DNA from: Octopus vulgaris
Taxonomy: Eukaryota
DNA length: 64,000 bases
Reading direction: 5' to 3'
Assembly: GCA_951406725.2 (NCBI GenBank)
Contig: OX597836.1
Location: 20,026,001 to 20,090,000, forward strand
Both the position numbers and the translations under genes were made by a program. The stretch's first letter is position 1; every line of letters begins with the position of its first letter. Positions 13,701 to 25,920 of this stretch are shown piece by piece. Below the pieces are notes generated by a model that saw only the letters and a list, made by a program, of their open reading frames with translations, ran no database searches and was not told where the DNA came from.

Positions 13701-14349
13701 ATATATGTATGTATGTATATATGTATGTATGTATATACACACACTCAGACATATCAGGTAAAGTGCTGAGATCATCGTTTTAGTTTCTTTTCGTGTCCCT
13801 GTTCTTGTTACTTGCAATGCATCACAAGTTAAACCCTTTCACATGATTTTAGCTTACACAATTCCCTCCTCTCACTTTTACACACACACAAATTCCCTCC
13901 TCTCTCTTTCACACATACTCAGCAAGAGAGAGAGAGAGAGAGATATCATGGTAATGAAGATGTTTGTGGTGGTGAGGAAGGGGGCTTGTGTACTTTAGAA
14001 CTGCACTGCTTCTGACATTTTAGTTTACTATCTAGTCGCAAAAAAAGTCTCAAGTTTCTCTCTCTCTCTCTCCCATCTTTCATCCCTGCCACCACCAATT
14101 GACTATATCTTAGAAACCAAACAAAAATGATAAAAACATCTTACAGACACTGTGATAATGCACAGCATAAACCGGAGATGAACCAGAGACTGAGGGAAGA
14201 TGATAGACAGAGGGAGAGAGGATATACTGCTTTAAGCAAAATTATTTAACAGATATGTCTATTTTCAAAGTTTTGTTTGTAACTGATATTGCATAATATG
14301 CTTCATGAAGACAGCGGATAAGAGGAAGTGATAGAATATCTTGTTTTAT

Positions 14350-14383
<34 letters not shown>

Positions 14384-14492
14384 CAGATTAGAGAAGAGAA
14401 AGAGTAGATGTTTATACCATTCCTTTACAACTATTTCGTAATCTTGCTAGTTACATAATATTACATATAAAATATACATATACAAACATATC

Positions 14493-14888
14493 GGTGCAGG
14501 AGTGGCTGTGTGGTAAGTAGCTTGCTAACCAACCACATGGTTCCGGGTTCAGTCCCACTGCGTGGCATCTTGGGCAAGTCTCTTCTGCTATAGCCCCGGG
14601 CCGACCAATGCCTTGTTAGTGGATTTGGTAGACGGAAATTGAAAGAAGCCTGTCGTATATATGTGTGTGTGTGTGTGTGTGTGTATGTGTGTATGTAGCA
14701 TTGCTTGACAACCGATGCTGGTGTGTTTACGTCCCCGTCACTTAGCGGTTTGGCAAAAGAGACCGATAGAATAAGTACTGGGCTTACAAAGAATAAGTCC
14801 TGGGGTCGATTTGCTCGACTAAAGGCAGTGCTTCAGCATGGCCGCAGTCAAATGACTGAAACAAGTAAAAGAGTAAAGAGTAAGAGTA
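14493..14888 (+). mobile_element. SINE family A, full length (GCTAACC head subtype)
   Basis: GGTGCAGGAGTGGCTGTGTGGTAAGTAGCTTGCTAACC head; a second tail copy follows at 14920-15016. Confidence 0.9.
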
Positions 14889-15329
14889 TACAAACAGATA
14901 CAAATATATATGCATGTGTGAATAGAATAAGTCCTGGGGTTGATTTCTTCAATTAAAACCCTTTAAGGCGGTGCTCCAGCATGGCTGCAGTCAAATGACT
15001 GAAACGTGTAAAAGAATATATATATATATATATAAAAGAGTTAATGGTATCATTGAGACCTAAAGGTGTCAGCCAAAATTAGAAAGCATTTCAAGTTTTG
15101 ATACAAGGACAATAAGTTGAGGGTTGGGGTAAGTTGATTACATCAACCCCTGTGCTCAACCAGTGCTTACTTTATTGACCACAAAAGGATGAAAGGCAAA
15201 GTAAGTCTCAGGACATAAAGACACATGAAATGAGCAAAGCATTTTGCCCCCAGCATGCAAATGACTCTGCCAGATCACTGCCTTAAAAAGATATGGAATA
15301 TTACATTGTAGCAGAGTTGTTTTAGTCAT

Positions 15330-15990
15330 TTACATTTCATTTTTATTTCCTGAGATTTCAAAAAGTTTCATTGGTCAACAATGACTGAATCACTGACAAA
15401 ATTTTATTGCAACTGTTGAGAAGTTAGTTAGTAACCAGTTCTTATAAAATTTGATTTATACATAATAAAAATACCGTGCCGCTGGCACGTTAAAAAGCTC
15501 GAACCGATCGTGACCGATGCCGGACCCCCCAGCCCCTGTGCAGGTGGCACGTAAAAAGCACCCACTCCACTCGCGGAGTGGTTGGCGTTAGGAAGGGCAT
15601 CCAGCCGTAGGAACTCTGCCAGATCAGACTGGAGCCTGGAGCGGCCCCTGGCTTCCCAGACCCCGGTCAAACCGTCCAACCCGTGCTAGCGCGGAAAACG
15701 GACGTTAAACGATGATGATGATGATGATTGTGTACAGTGCTCAGGTGCACTACAAAAGTTTCATTGGTCAACAATGACCGAGTCACTGACAAAATTTTAT
15801 TGCAACTGTTGAGAAGTTAGTTAGTAACCAGTTCTTATAAAATTTGATTTATACATATACATTTCATTTTATTTCCTGAGATTTCAAAAAGTTTCATTGG
15901 TCAACAATGACTGAATCACTGACAAAATTTTATTGCAACTGTTGAGAAATCAGTAAATAACCAGTTCTTATAAAATTTGATTTATACATA
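15330..15990. repeat. Local triplication of a 105-135 bp unit interrupted by retroposon ends
   Basis: AAAAGTTTCATTGGTCAACAATGAC...TTTGATTTATACATA at about 15361, 15754 and 15887. Confidence 0.9.
15473..15728 (+). mobile_element. Hairpin-array/RTE-tail retroposon, 2 hairpin units
   Basis: GTGCCGCTGGCAC and GTGCAGGTGGCAC units, conserved tail, (GAT)n. Confidence 0.85.
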
Positions 15991-16384
15991 TTAACCTTGA
16001 TTTCTTTAATAATGTCAATCAATACGCATTCACACACACACACACAGTAGATTGATATAACTATAAGTTCTATTTCATTTATTTACAATTTGATTTAAAT
16101 GTGTCACCATACTATCATTTTTTATTAACTGTTTCTTTTTCTTATCTCCTTCACATGTCCTGATGCTCCACTCTGTATCAGTAAAAGCTATTAGGTACAA
16201 GTATTTCATCTTCCAGTACCACAGTTCTTGAAGCTTTCACTGCCAAAACTGTACAACTTACAAAGCTGATTAATTTAATAGATACACCCAGTTTTCACTG
16301 ACAATTTTGAGGTTACTTTCTTGAATAATTCTAAATCTACAACCTAATTCACTATTTGGTGATGCATTTTTTCCCATCATATAT

Positions 16385-16612
16385 ATTTCTTTACTGCCCA
16401 CAAGGGGCTAAACACAGAGGGGACAAACAAGGACAGACAAAGGGATTAAGTCAATTATATCGACCCCAGTGCGTAACTGGTACTTAATCGACCCCGAGAG
16501 GATGAAAGGCAAAGTTGACCTCGGCGGAATTTGAACTCAGAACGTAACGGCAGACGAAATACAGCTACGCATTTCGCCCGGCGTGCTAACGTTTCTGCCA
16601 GCTCACCGCCTT
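16385..16612 (-). mobile_element. SINE family B, full length, GCCCCTTGTGGG tail
   Basis: Head GGCGGTGAGCTGGCAGAAACGTTAGC, B box GAGTTCAAATTCC, Deu/Nin-like core. Confidence 0.9.
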
Positions 16613-16765
16613 CGGTATCATACCATGTACTGGTCTTGGCAATCTTATTTCTAACAACCCCATTCCAAAATTTTTTACATTATAGAATGTATGTTCAATG
16701 GAAAGGAGGGCTCCATTATTACTTGTTTGAAAGATATATGCAGTCTATTCCAAACATAAGATATT

Positions 16766-16996
16766 TATTTCTTTACTGCCCACAAGGGGCTAAGCATAGA
16801 GGGGACAAACAAGGACAGACAAAGCAGTAAGTCGATTACATCGACCCCAGTGCGAAACTGGTACTTTATTTATCGACCCCGAAAGGATGAAAAGTAAAGT
16901 CGACCTCAGCGGAATTTGAACTCAGACCGTAACGACAGACGAAATACCGCTAAATATTTCGCCCCGCGCACCAACGTTTCTGCCAGCTCGCCGCCT
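16766..16996 (-). mobile_element. SINE family B, full length, with 14-bp TSD
   Basis: TSD AAACATAAGATATT at 16752-16765 and 16997-17010. Confidence 0.92.
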
Positions 16997-19900
16997 AAAC
17001 ATAAGATATTGTTCCACTTTCTTGTGTGAATATTTACAAGTTTCCCTTTGGCTCATATCACTGATGGAGTAATCTTAGTAATGTTAAAGGTGTAAGATCA
17101 CCAGTGACCGTGACGAGGCACGACGTTAGCAGTGACTGACTTTCAGAGTTTTATTTGAATATTGTTCATATTTAAGAAGGGTGGGTACATAATGTTTTTC
17201 TTCTTTTCATTAAGCACTGGTGTGCACCATTGCAACCTACATTATACATGTGAATGTCTAATATGCAATACTTCCACCCATTTTGTGCATGTGATATCTT
17301 ATTCAACTAAAAGTTATTTCCCAATAATGAAACATGTTTTCGTAGTTTGTTTGTTTTAAGTAAAAAAAGGCAAGGAAAAGCAGTGAATAACAGAGGATAT
17401 TTGAGAGAGGTTTTTAAGGGCAGTAAGAGAGAGAGAGAGAGGGGGGTAGATGGGTGGCTGGAAGACAGAATCAGAAGAATGGCAAACTGAATGTCTTGAA
17501 GTATTTAATTTCTTACTTGATTCAAATCTCGCCTTTTATCATGCCGCTGGTCAACAAAAATAAGTATCAGTTAAGTACTTCTTGTGTTGATTTAATCGAC
17601 AACAGTCTGGTGAATGAAGTGACATAAATTAGTTCCAACTCGTTAATATTTTGAATATCACAAAACCAAGTAATTCTGAGTTGAAATTTCAGATTTAAAT
17701 CCCAGAGATTAAACCTATATAATCCAGCTTATGTTGATATTTTCTGCCCTAAATCAGCCCTAACTCAGCAGATCTATTACAAAAGACCTTCCAACCATGA
17801 CCATATCATGTCTAGAACCATATTGTTATTATCTAATGTATCATTCTATTTATTTAAATGGTAGGGTGTGGATATGAGAGATATTTAGGGGTGATTCTTA
17901 TTTAGCCTAATCCCTCACTTCAGACATGCTCAGCTTGATTAGACCTGCAGTACAGGGAGCCAAACTGCTGCCAGTACAGTTCTTTGGTTGGAACTGAACA
18001 AAAAAAAAAAAAATAGCAGCCAAATTTTCCTCAAACTACACCCTACAATTATAAAAGGACAGATTGGTCAATATAGTCTTGGATATACAAAATGATGGGA
18101 TGGCCACAGCCAGAAGACTTTTGATCACAGATATGCTGGATCATGTAGTTTGGTCATGGAGAGGGTAAAAGGCAGTGGTCAAAGAAAAACAGAGTCTTGA
18201 AAATGGAAAGTTGACGCCATTTACTCAACATCAAAGTTACACCGCCTATCCTGGACACAGCAGGGGATGTTTATTTGTGAAAGAATAAGCTTAAATGATG
18301 GAGTTGATAAAAGAGAAGCAAGAAAAATGATATCAGGATTTGAGAACAAATTCTAAATACTCCACTTCAATGAACTGCAAGGAAACAGACAACAGGTGGT
18401 TGGTAAAAAGCTGTTGTTTCAAACCAATGAGGAAGCTCCAAAGGGATTACTCAACTGGTTAGAAATAGCAACCAAATATCCCTCAAAATCTACCCACTAT
18501 CTCAAAAAAAGTGGGGAAGAAGTACTCTGTCTAGGGGAAAAAAGTGGGGAATGATATGGTTAAAGTTTAAATGCTTTTGATCAGAACTGATCTAGAGCTT
18601 AAAAAAAATGAACAAAAAAAAAAAAAAAATTAACCACAAAAAGATGCCCTAGGCAAGAAAGCCTCGACATCAGTTATGGGCAAACTGCACCTCACCTGAC
18701 GATGAACCATGTCTCGTGCAGCCTACTTCTCGAAACAGGTTACCCATGCTTGCCCTACATCACTGCTTGCTAGAAATAGCAACTAAATTTCCCTCAAATG
18801 ATGGTCAGCCATTTTTAAAAAGAAGACATGAGATAGTCCTAAATACACAATTAAGAAAGACAATAAATTAAGATAGTCCTAAATATACAATGTCGGAGAA
18901 AAAAAAGACGGCATGGTCCCAGTTTGAACTCCTTTCATTGCATATTGCAATAACGAAGCAATGACAAGGTAACCGTGATGGTGGTTAGATCTTAAGGGAA
19001 GAGAGTGAGAGAGCAGAGTATTATATCTTTTATTTATTACAGTTCTTGTTTGTTACAATACATTTTTATTTAGCCAGCATCGACATCTTACTCTTGCTCA
19101 TCATTATCATGTGCTTCTAGGTGTGTGTTTACATGTATGTACGTATTGTATATACATGTGTGCATGCACATGTGGAAGTGAATGTGTGTGTGTGGTTGTA
19201 TGTGTGCCTCATGCATTTATGTATGTGCATGCATACTTGTGCATGTGTGCGTATATGTATATATGTACAGACAGGTCATTAGCTTCAAACCAGTAATTAC
19301 TGAACAAAGCAGAATGAGTTTTAAAGAATTATGAAAATTTTTTTACAAAATATGAAAATGTCACAAATTAAAAGTCTTGAGTAGATCTTGGTTCCAAATG
19401 TTTGGTAATGAGAAAAGAAATTTTAGGGATAAAATTGAAGTAACACCCAAATATTTTAAATGAAAGATAGAAAAAGTGTAAATTCAAAGGAAAAATCAAA
19501 TTATTATTATTATACAATAAAATTTACTTAAATAATAAAATTTTAAAGTGTAAAAAAAAAAAAAAAAAGAAAAAGGTAAGTATTTGACAATTAAGTTTAA
19601 ATATTGTACACAATGCACTTGGCAAGTCCTGGTGCAATAAATATTATATTAAAAAAGAAACTCCCGTAAGTGTCTGAAGTGGTGTCAAAATATTTTCAAG
19701 AAAAACAAATTACCTCTTCATTGTGACAATAAATTTACATAAACTAGTATGTTTTTCCATTGTTTTCAATTCCAGTAATCAGAATTGGTTAGTGTTGATG
19801 ATATGGCTTCGAAATGCGAGCAGCAAAAATTTCAAATTTACTGGAGAAAACGTTCGAAACGATCAAGATTTTGTAATGAAAAGTTTCCATAAATTAATCT

Positions 19901-20189
19901 CGTGAAATTATTGGTCGGAATTCTTTAAAAGCTTCCTTCAAATCAATAACATTACTTTTGAAGAATAAAAAAAAACCAAGTCTCAAAGAATTACTTGTCA
20001 GTTGGGGCATTTTGTATTTTTCCTCCAGATATCTTCAGTGGCAAGAAAGTCACTAATGACGAAAATTTAAAGAAAGACAAACCATCAGATTTCTTTCAGA
20101 TTCTTTTGAAATCATTTTCAAAAATATAAAAAAATTATTCTGGCAACAGTATTGAAGCTTAATTGAGGAATTAGTGATAGAAATACCAA

Positions 20190-22184
20190 TCAGCTAGCTT
20201 TAATGCCCTTCCAATTTTCTAATATTGAATTCATGAAGAGAAACCCAGAAGTTTCCAACTGTTTTGGACTGTGTTCCCCTTTAAACAACTGGCTCAGTGG
20301 TCGTCTGGTACAGACTGGGTAGACGGTCATATTAGACACAGATGGACTCAGGATGTTGGGAAGCTTACTCCATTCAAATACATTAACATCAAACAAATAG
20401 ACATGAAAAATATGAGGACTCAAATGGACTGATGCATACAATATTGACCCACAAACTTTAACTGAGCTACGAGGGTAGTTGTTTAGGTTTTGTAAAGGCA
20501 GGCAACTAATTTGGGGTTTGGGTATAGTGATTCCATCGTCCGTCCATCTCTTACTTTCTAAATCATAACAAATGCTTTTTGCGAAATGACTTTCTTCCAC
20601 TGAATTCCATTCGTTTATTCCACCAAGATCATCCAAAAATTGCAGTTTTCGGTTAAAATAAATGGCTTGATTCAACTGGATATCACTCAAGTTAGCAAAC
20701 ATATTGGAGAGTAATGTATATTCCCCTTTACAAGTATCAATCTGGTATAAGTAAGAAGCAGAAAGACTAGCAGGACACTCTCCTCTATACTCACTGGAAT
20801 CTGTTACTGGGTTTGTATGGACAAAGTTCTGAGTTATCTGAGCAACAACAAACACGATGTTGTTCTCTACTGGAATTGCATGCAGTTTCACAGAAAAATC
20901 TTCCTTCAAGACCACTGTTTTTTTGAAGCTAGATCCACTAAGGTTCTGTACAATATCCAATACTAGTGACCAAGATTTAATAATGTCGTAGATATACAAT
21001 GAAAATACCAAACCCCTGTTCGAACGATCCCAACAATTCATAATTACGTGAAGTCGCCCTGATTGGCAAAAATAGTGGGTTGCTTCTTTGGAAGGATTTA
21101 CTGCACGTCCTTGTCTCATTACCGTGCGCAAAACTGATGGCATAACTTCAGCAACTTTGGTTGATAAATTTATCAAATTGATGTTATAAATATCTTTTCC
21201 AAGGGACACCAAATAGTTGCTGTCGATGATACCAAGTGGTGTCCCATTATGGTTGAGTAAATCGAATGTCCATTTCTTGGTTTCAGCACAATATATATTT
21301 ATCCCATGAGAAAAATTCTCCTGCACCAAAATACCATAAAAAAGAGGTTGAAGATCAGATTTATCAACTGGTGAAGTTACTTGCTCAATAGGTTCCACAG
21401 AACGTCTCCAACTGATTTTCCCTTTGAAATCTGGAAGATATAAGCTAAGCTGTGAAGTTGGCACATTGTAAGCATTTGTCAAACTATGGACAGAATCCAA
21501 TATTACTTCTAAGGCCTGGTTGTTGAGATATTTTAACAAAAGTGACTTGGCTATGTCTTTACGAGTATCAAAGTCCCCTGCACTCATCCAGGAAACAATC
21601 AAATAACTTACATCTTCATGCCTAGCAGTTTTGATCAATTCTTCGTTATTTAATACTGTGGTTATACAGTTCGAGGTGAAGTCACCCAAATCAGTTTCGT
21701 CAATTATCTCACGACAGAAAATGACTGACAGCAAGGAACTACATATGATCTCGAGTTCTTCCATTTCATATAAATAGGATAGCTTCCATGCCCAGAGGAT
21801 GTTCTGTGGTTGTAGTTGCTCAAGAAGAAACTGTGCGCAGTGATGCTTCAAACTGTGAAGCATAAATAGATGGGCTGCACCGAGAACTTGTTCTAGGGTC
21901 TTTCGACGCAGCATTACTTTTCCCGTGTACATATAATCAATGACTAATTTAAGAACGGCAACGTCCTCAAAGGAGCTGGAGAAATCAATAGTTTTCGTGG
22001 AGCTCTCACGGAAACCCGACTGAAGCATCACTTCAAAATATTCACTCGCTGAACTGAGAACAATCCCATGGACAGCTATAATGTCATCGTTGACTTTCAG
22101 AACAACATCCGTATAGAATCCGGTTTCGTACAAGTTATGTAATTTGTCGTTTCTTTCTTTCAGGCTTGTTTCGTCGCAGTACAT
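20190..22184 (-). CDS. BTB/POZ-BACK protein with divergent Kelch-like beta-propeller (KBTBD/KLHL-like, probable Cul3 adaptor), 664 aa in one exon
   Basis: Uninterrupted non-repetitive ORF; BTB motifs TDVVLKV, HGIVLSSASEYFEVML, FRES, VIDYMYTG; BACK-like CAQFLLEQL..NILWAW; Kelch-like Y/F-D..W ends (YDIIKSW, YDLESKRW, FDVNVFEW). Confidence 0.93.
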   Translation of the reverse strand: MYCDETSLKERNDKLHNLYETGFYTDVVLKVNDDIIAVHGIVLSSASEYFEVMLQSGFRESSTKTIDFSSSFEDVAVLKLVIDYMYTGKVMLRRKTLEQVLGAAHLFMLHSLKHHCAQFLLEQLQPQNILWAWKLSYLYEMEELEIICSSLLSVIFCREIIDETDLGDFTSNCITTVLNNEELIKTARHEDVSYLIVSWMSAGDFDTRKDIAKSLLLKYLNNQALEVILDSVHSLTNAYNVPTSQLSLYLPDFKGKISWRRSVEPIEQVTSPVDKSDLQPLFYGILVQENFSHGINIYCAETKKWTFDLLNHNGTPLGIIDSNYLVSLGKDIYNINLINLSTKVAEVMPSVLRTVMRQGRAVNPSKEATHYFCQSGRLHVIMNCWDRSNRGLVFSLYIYDIIKSWSLVLDIVQNLSGSSFKKTVVLKEDFSVKLHAIPVENNIVFVVAQITQNFVHTNPVTDSSEYRGECPASLSASYLYQIDTCKGEYTLLSNMFANLSDIQLNQAIYFNRKLQFLDDLGGINEWNSVEESHFAKSICYDLESKRWTDDGITIPKPQISCLPLQNLNNYPRSSVKVCGSILYASVHLSPHIFHVYLFDVNVFEWSKLPNILSPSVSNMTVYPVCTRRPLSQLFKGEHSPKQLETSGFLFMNSILENWKGIKAS

Positions 22185-22228
22185 AATACTGAGGTCGACA
22201 GACAGCGACTTGCAAATGCAATTTTGAC

Positions 22229-22250
22229 CTGGAGAGAAAAGAATTTGAAA
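22229..22250 (-). other. Splice acceptor upstream of the BTB ORF
   Basis: Minus strand TTTCAAATTCTTTTCTCTCCAG|GTC; exon begins at 22228, 44 nt before the ATG, with no in-frame stop in between. Confidence 0.75.
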
Positions 22251-23075
22251 GCAGGAATAAAAGCGATTTTAAATAAAGCGAAAAATTACAGTAAATAAAA
22301 AGTAATTCTTTCATACAGAAATATCAAATCATATTTGGCAGAATCATTAGCATGCCAGGCAAAACACTTAGCAGTATTTCATCTGCCACTACACACTGTG
22401 AAACACTGGGGTTGGCTAGTCCCTACCCCCAAAATTTCAGGCCTTGTGCCTATATAGAAACGATTATCGTCATCATCATTATTGTTATTCACCAAAGCTG
22501 GTAGCATTTCTAAAGCTCTGTAAGTTAGCGCCTTGTTTTGCTTATTAGAGGTTCAATATAGTTAGTTTTATTGTATCTTATTTCCAAGTTAACAAGTATC
22601 ATATTTGTCGTATCAAGTGTTTGGTCTATTTGCCCTACGGGGCAGAAAGCTTGGAAAGAAAACTTCTTTCGAGACATAAAAAAAAACTTCAACATGGCAT
22701 TGACTTCATCACTGAGCAAAGAAGAGAGGAAGGTAGGACGGAAGAGATGAAGGTAGGAGGAGTCTTTGAAAGTGAAATTGTATTTGGCCATAACTTTTTC
22801 CTCAAATTTTCCAAAAAATCGTATCAGTGATATCAGTAAAAACAACAACACAGCAGTGATGGCAGCAGCAGGAACAATGACATATCATATAACGAAGCTT
22901 GATAAATAACCAGCAACAGCAAATCGTGCAATGCAAACACCACTACTGCCACACAAATCAGAAGCAGTGAAAATGATAGTTCAAACAGTATCAACAGCTT
23001 TAAAAATATACACAATGGTAAAAATCACCAATGTGTTTGATGTGATGCCATGAGAAAGCAAGGGCGAATGTTTAA

Positions 23076-23423
23076 CCCTTTCGTTACCAACTTGGCTGAA
23101 ACTGCCTCTGGCTCTGTAGTACAAATGTCTTGTTTTCATAAGTTTTGAATTAAAATCTTCCACCAAACCTTAGTCACAATTTATGTTCCTAACACCACCT
23201 TAACCCTTTCGTTATCAACCTGGCTGAAACCACCTCTGGCTCTGAGTACAAATGTCTTGTTTTCATGAGTTTTGAATTAAAATCTTCCACCAAACCTTAG
23301 TCACAATTTATGTTCCTAACACTAGCTGAATGATAACTAAGATATTTTACTAAATTCTTTGTTATATTTGAAGTAATTGGAAGAAACACAGAGTATTTCA
23401 AAATAAATACGGTAACGAAAGGG
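23076..23423. mobile_element. piggyBac-type MITE with duplicated left part
   Basis: TTAA-CCCTTTCGTTACC ... GGTAACGAAAGGG-TTAA; second TTAA-CCCTTTCG start at 23200; degenerate relatives at 37100-37816. Confidence 0.85.
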
Positions 23424-23590
23424 TTAAAAGAGGTAGAAAAGCATGGATACCAACAGGAACAAAGAAAGGTCACACCAAATATACCATAAAATCTTTTAGA
23501 CAAAATGTAAGAGAAAACTATTCTCCATGAGTGCTTGTCTACAAGAAGGCACACCATTTCTTCCAAAAGTCACCCAAATATAACATACAT

Positions 23591-23809
23591 CAGTGCTTTT
23601 CAAACTTTTTGCTGAAGCGGAACCCCAAGGAAATGTTCCACTGGCTTGAGGAACCCCTGTGCAATAATTTAATTGTCTTATGCACACATATCTGTACAGA
23701 AGAATTAAAAATTACTGTCGATTTTAGCATTTTTGTAACTTCTTGCGGAACCCCTGGACTGTACTGGTGGAACCCTAAGGTTCCACGGAACCCTGGTTGA
23801 AAACCACTG
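23591..23809. mobile_element. hAT-type MITE with 8-bp TSD
   Basis: CAGTGCTTTTCAA...TTGAAAACCACTG termini; TSD ACATACAT; second copy at 59179. Confidence 0.92.
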
Positions 23810-24020
23810 ACATACATAAACAAACTAGTAACAACAGGCACAACGGCAACAGTAGCAGCAACAACAGCACCAACAGCAACAGCACCTACACAGCAACAAG
23901 TGCAGTAGCAACAGGCAAAATGAGATCATGTGCCCATAGAAGTATGTGTGGTGCACTGGGAACTCTCTCTAGCAGTGCATTTCCAATCATCTGTCCCCTT
24001 TGAGTGTCCTGGAAAAGAGA

Positions 24021-24119
24021 TGTAGTGGATATGTGTGTATGTAAACAAATACATAAACCGTTTCATGATTAAAAGGAATTTATTTACAGGGTTATAGGTA
24101 CACTACATTTGGTGACCCC
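24021..24119 (+). mobile_element. Short LTR followed by tRNA-Trp-type primer binding site
   Basis: TGTAGTG...CACTACA inverted termini (24021-24107), internal ATTAAA, then TGGTGACCCC (24110-24119) complementary to the tRNA-Trp 3' end GGGGUCACCA. Confidence 0.65.
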
Positions 24120-24359
24120 ATCAAACGAATTGCGGCCTTCCCTTGAACCAGCTTCATCAACCGCGTCGAAGAATCGCAGCGGAGACGGGAGATGAGATAG
24201 ATCTATCTACGCCCCAAGTTTTTGGCAGACAACAGAGACAGAGAGAAATGCTTGAAGTCCCGATCGACTACTGTTTCGAATGAAACACGCACACACACAC
24301 AAACATATTCATCTCTAATATGTGCTATATACAAGCAATTCGTAGCATTTGCTTACAGA

Positions 24360-24900
24360 GATATATGATATCACTGACCAGCCATATCTGGCAATTACAA
24401 AATGATGTGGTGCCATACTCTATTGCATGGAAAATACTTGAGAACCCAGGCCCCTATATAAACAGGACGAAATGGTGCAAGTTATGCATTACCGAACAAA
24501 CGAGGACCCTTAAACCCTTGCTCATGCCAGGGGGCATCCTGAACTTCAGGATGGAGATTTTCAGGCCATACCTGCATTTTAGAAAATTCCTACAGGCCTT
24601 TTGGAATTAGCATGGCAGCATCTTAGCCAGAAACCAGTAGCCAAGGCTGAAGGGGGACAATCGTTTACCTTCGTGGTGCTTTGGTGACCGCAAGATGCCA
24701 GCGCAGCCGAAGATCGATGGACAATGGCAAAGGGAGATAATCACCTAGGGTTTTACCTTTAAAAATGAGGCTTTTCCCTCTCCATATTTTAAAGAGGTAT
24801 CAGACCAGCAGTGCTTGGGGTCTAAAGATACACTGTAAGGCTAAACCCCTTATGAGCAAGAAACCCAGGGTAACCCCATAAACCAGCCTGCCCCACTATA
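24360..24900 (+). pseudogene. Penelope-like element 3' end (GIY-YIG-region C-terminus plus hammerhead-bearing terminal repeat)
   Basis: SLTSHIWQLQ..YSIAWKIL..PY..KWCKLCITE..ILNFRMEI resembles the PLE C-terminus; hammerhead fold at 24816-24878 with CTAAAGA core. Confidence 0.75.
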
Positions 24901-25053
24901 ATATCAACTGCTCTACATCTTAGAGTGTGCTTCTCTTCAGGATTTATGTATTTCTACAAATGTTCATATATATACGCATATAGATGGGTAGATACATATT
25001 TATCTAAACACATACACACACTTATTTTATAGACATAAGTCTCACTCCCTCTT

Positions 25054-25088
<35 letters not shown>

Positions 25089-25094
25089 TGTTTG

Positions 25095-25920
25095 TTACTT
25101 GTCTGTGGCCATGCTGGAACATCACCTTAAGGGGTTTTAGTCAAACAAATTGACCCCAGGATTGATTCTTTATAAGCCTAGCGCTTATTCTATTGGTCTC
25201 TTTTGGTGAGCCATTAAGTTACAGAGACAAACACATCAACATTGGTTGTCAAACGATGGTGAGGGAGGGACAAAAAGACACAAACACACAAATAAAATAT
25301 ATATATACATAGGCGCAGGAGTGGCTGTGTGGTAAGTAGCTTGCTTACCAACCACATGATCCCGGGTTCAGTTCCACTGCATGGCACCTTGGGCAAATGT
25401 CTTCTACTATAGCCTCGGGCTGACCAATGCCTTGTGAGTGGATTTAGTAGACGGAAACTGGAAGAAGCCCGTCGTATATATGTATATATGTGTATGTGTG
25501 TGTGTGTATATATATATATGAATATGTGTGTTTGTATATGTTTGTCTGTTTGTCCCCCCAGCATCGCTTGACAACTGGTGCTGGTGTGTTTACGTCCCCG
25601 TAACTTAACGGTTCGGCAAAAGAGACCGATACAATAAGTACTAGGCTTACAAAGAATAAGCTCTGGGGTCGATTTGCTCAACTATAAAGGTGGTGCTCCA
25701 GCATGGCCGCAATCAAATGACTGAAACAAGTAAAAAGAAGACACACACACACACACACAATGGGCTTCTTTCAGTTTCCATCTACCAAATTCACTCACAA
25801 GGATTTGGTCAGCCCAAGGCTATAGTAGATGACACTTGCCCAAGGTGCCATGCAGCGGGGCTGAACCCAGAACCATGTGGTTGGGAAGCAGTCACGTCTA
25901 GCTTCTTACTACACAGCCAG
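25095..25920 (-). mobile_element. Older SINE family A copy interrupted by a younger, opposite-strand family A copy
   Basis: Minus-strand tail 25095-25290 and head 25740-25920 flank a plus-strand full copy. Confidence 0.8.
25311..25737 (+). mobile_element. SINE family A, full length, nested
   Basis: AGGCGCAGGAGTGGCTGTGTGG head through AATGACTGAAACAAGTAAAA tail. Confidence 0.9.
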
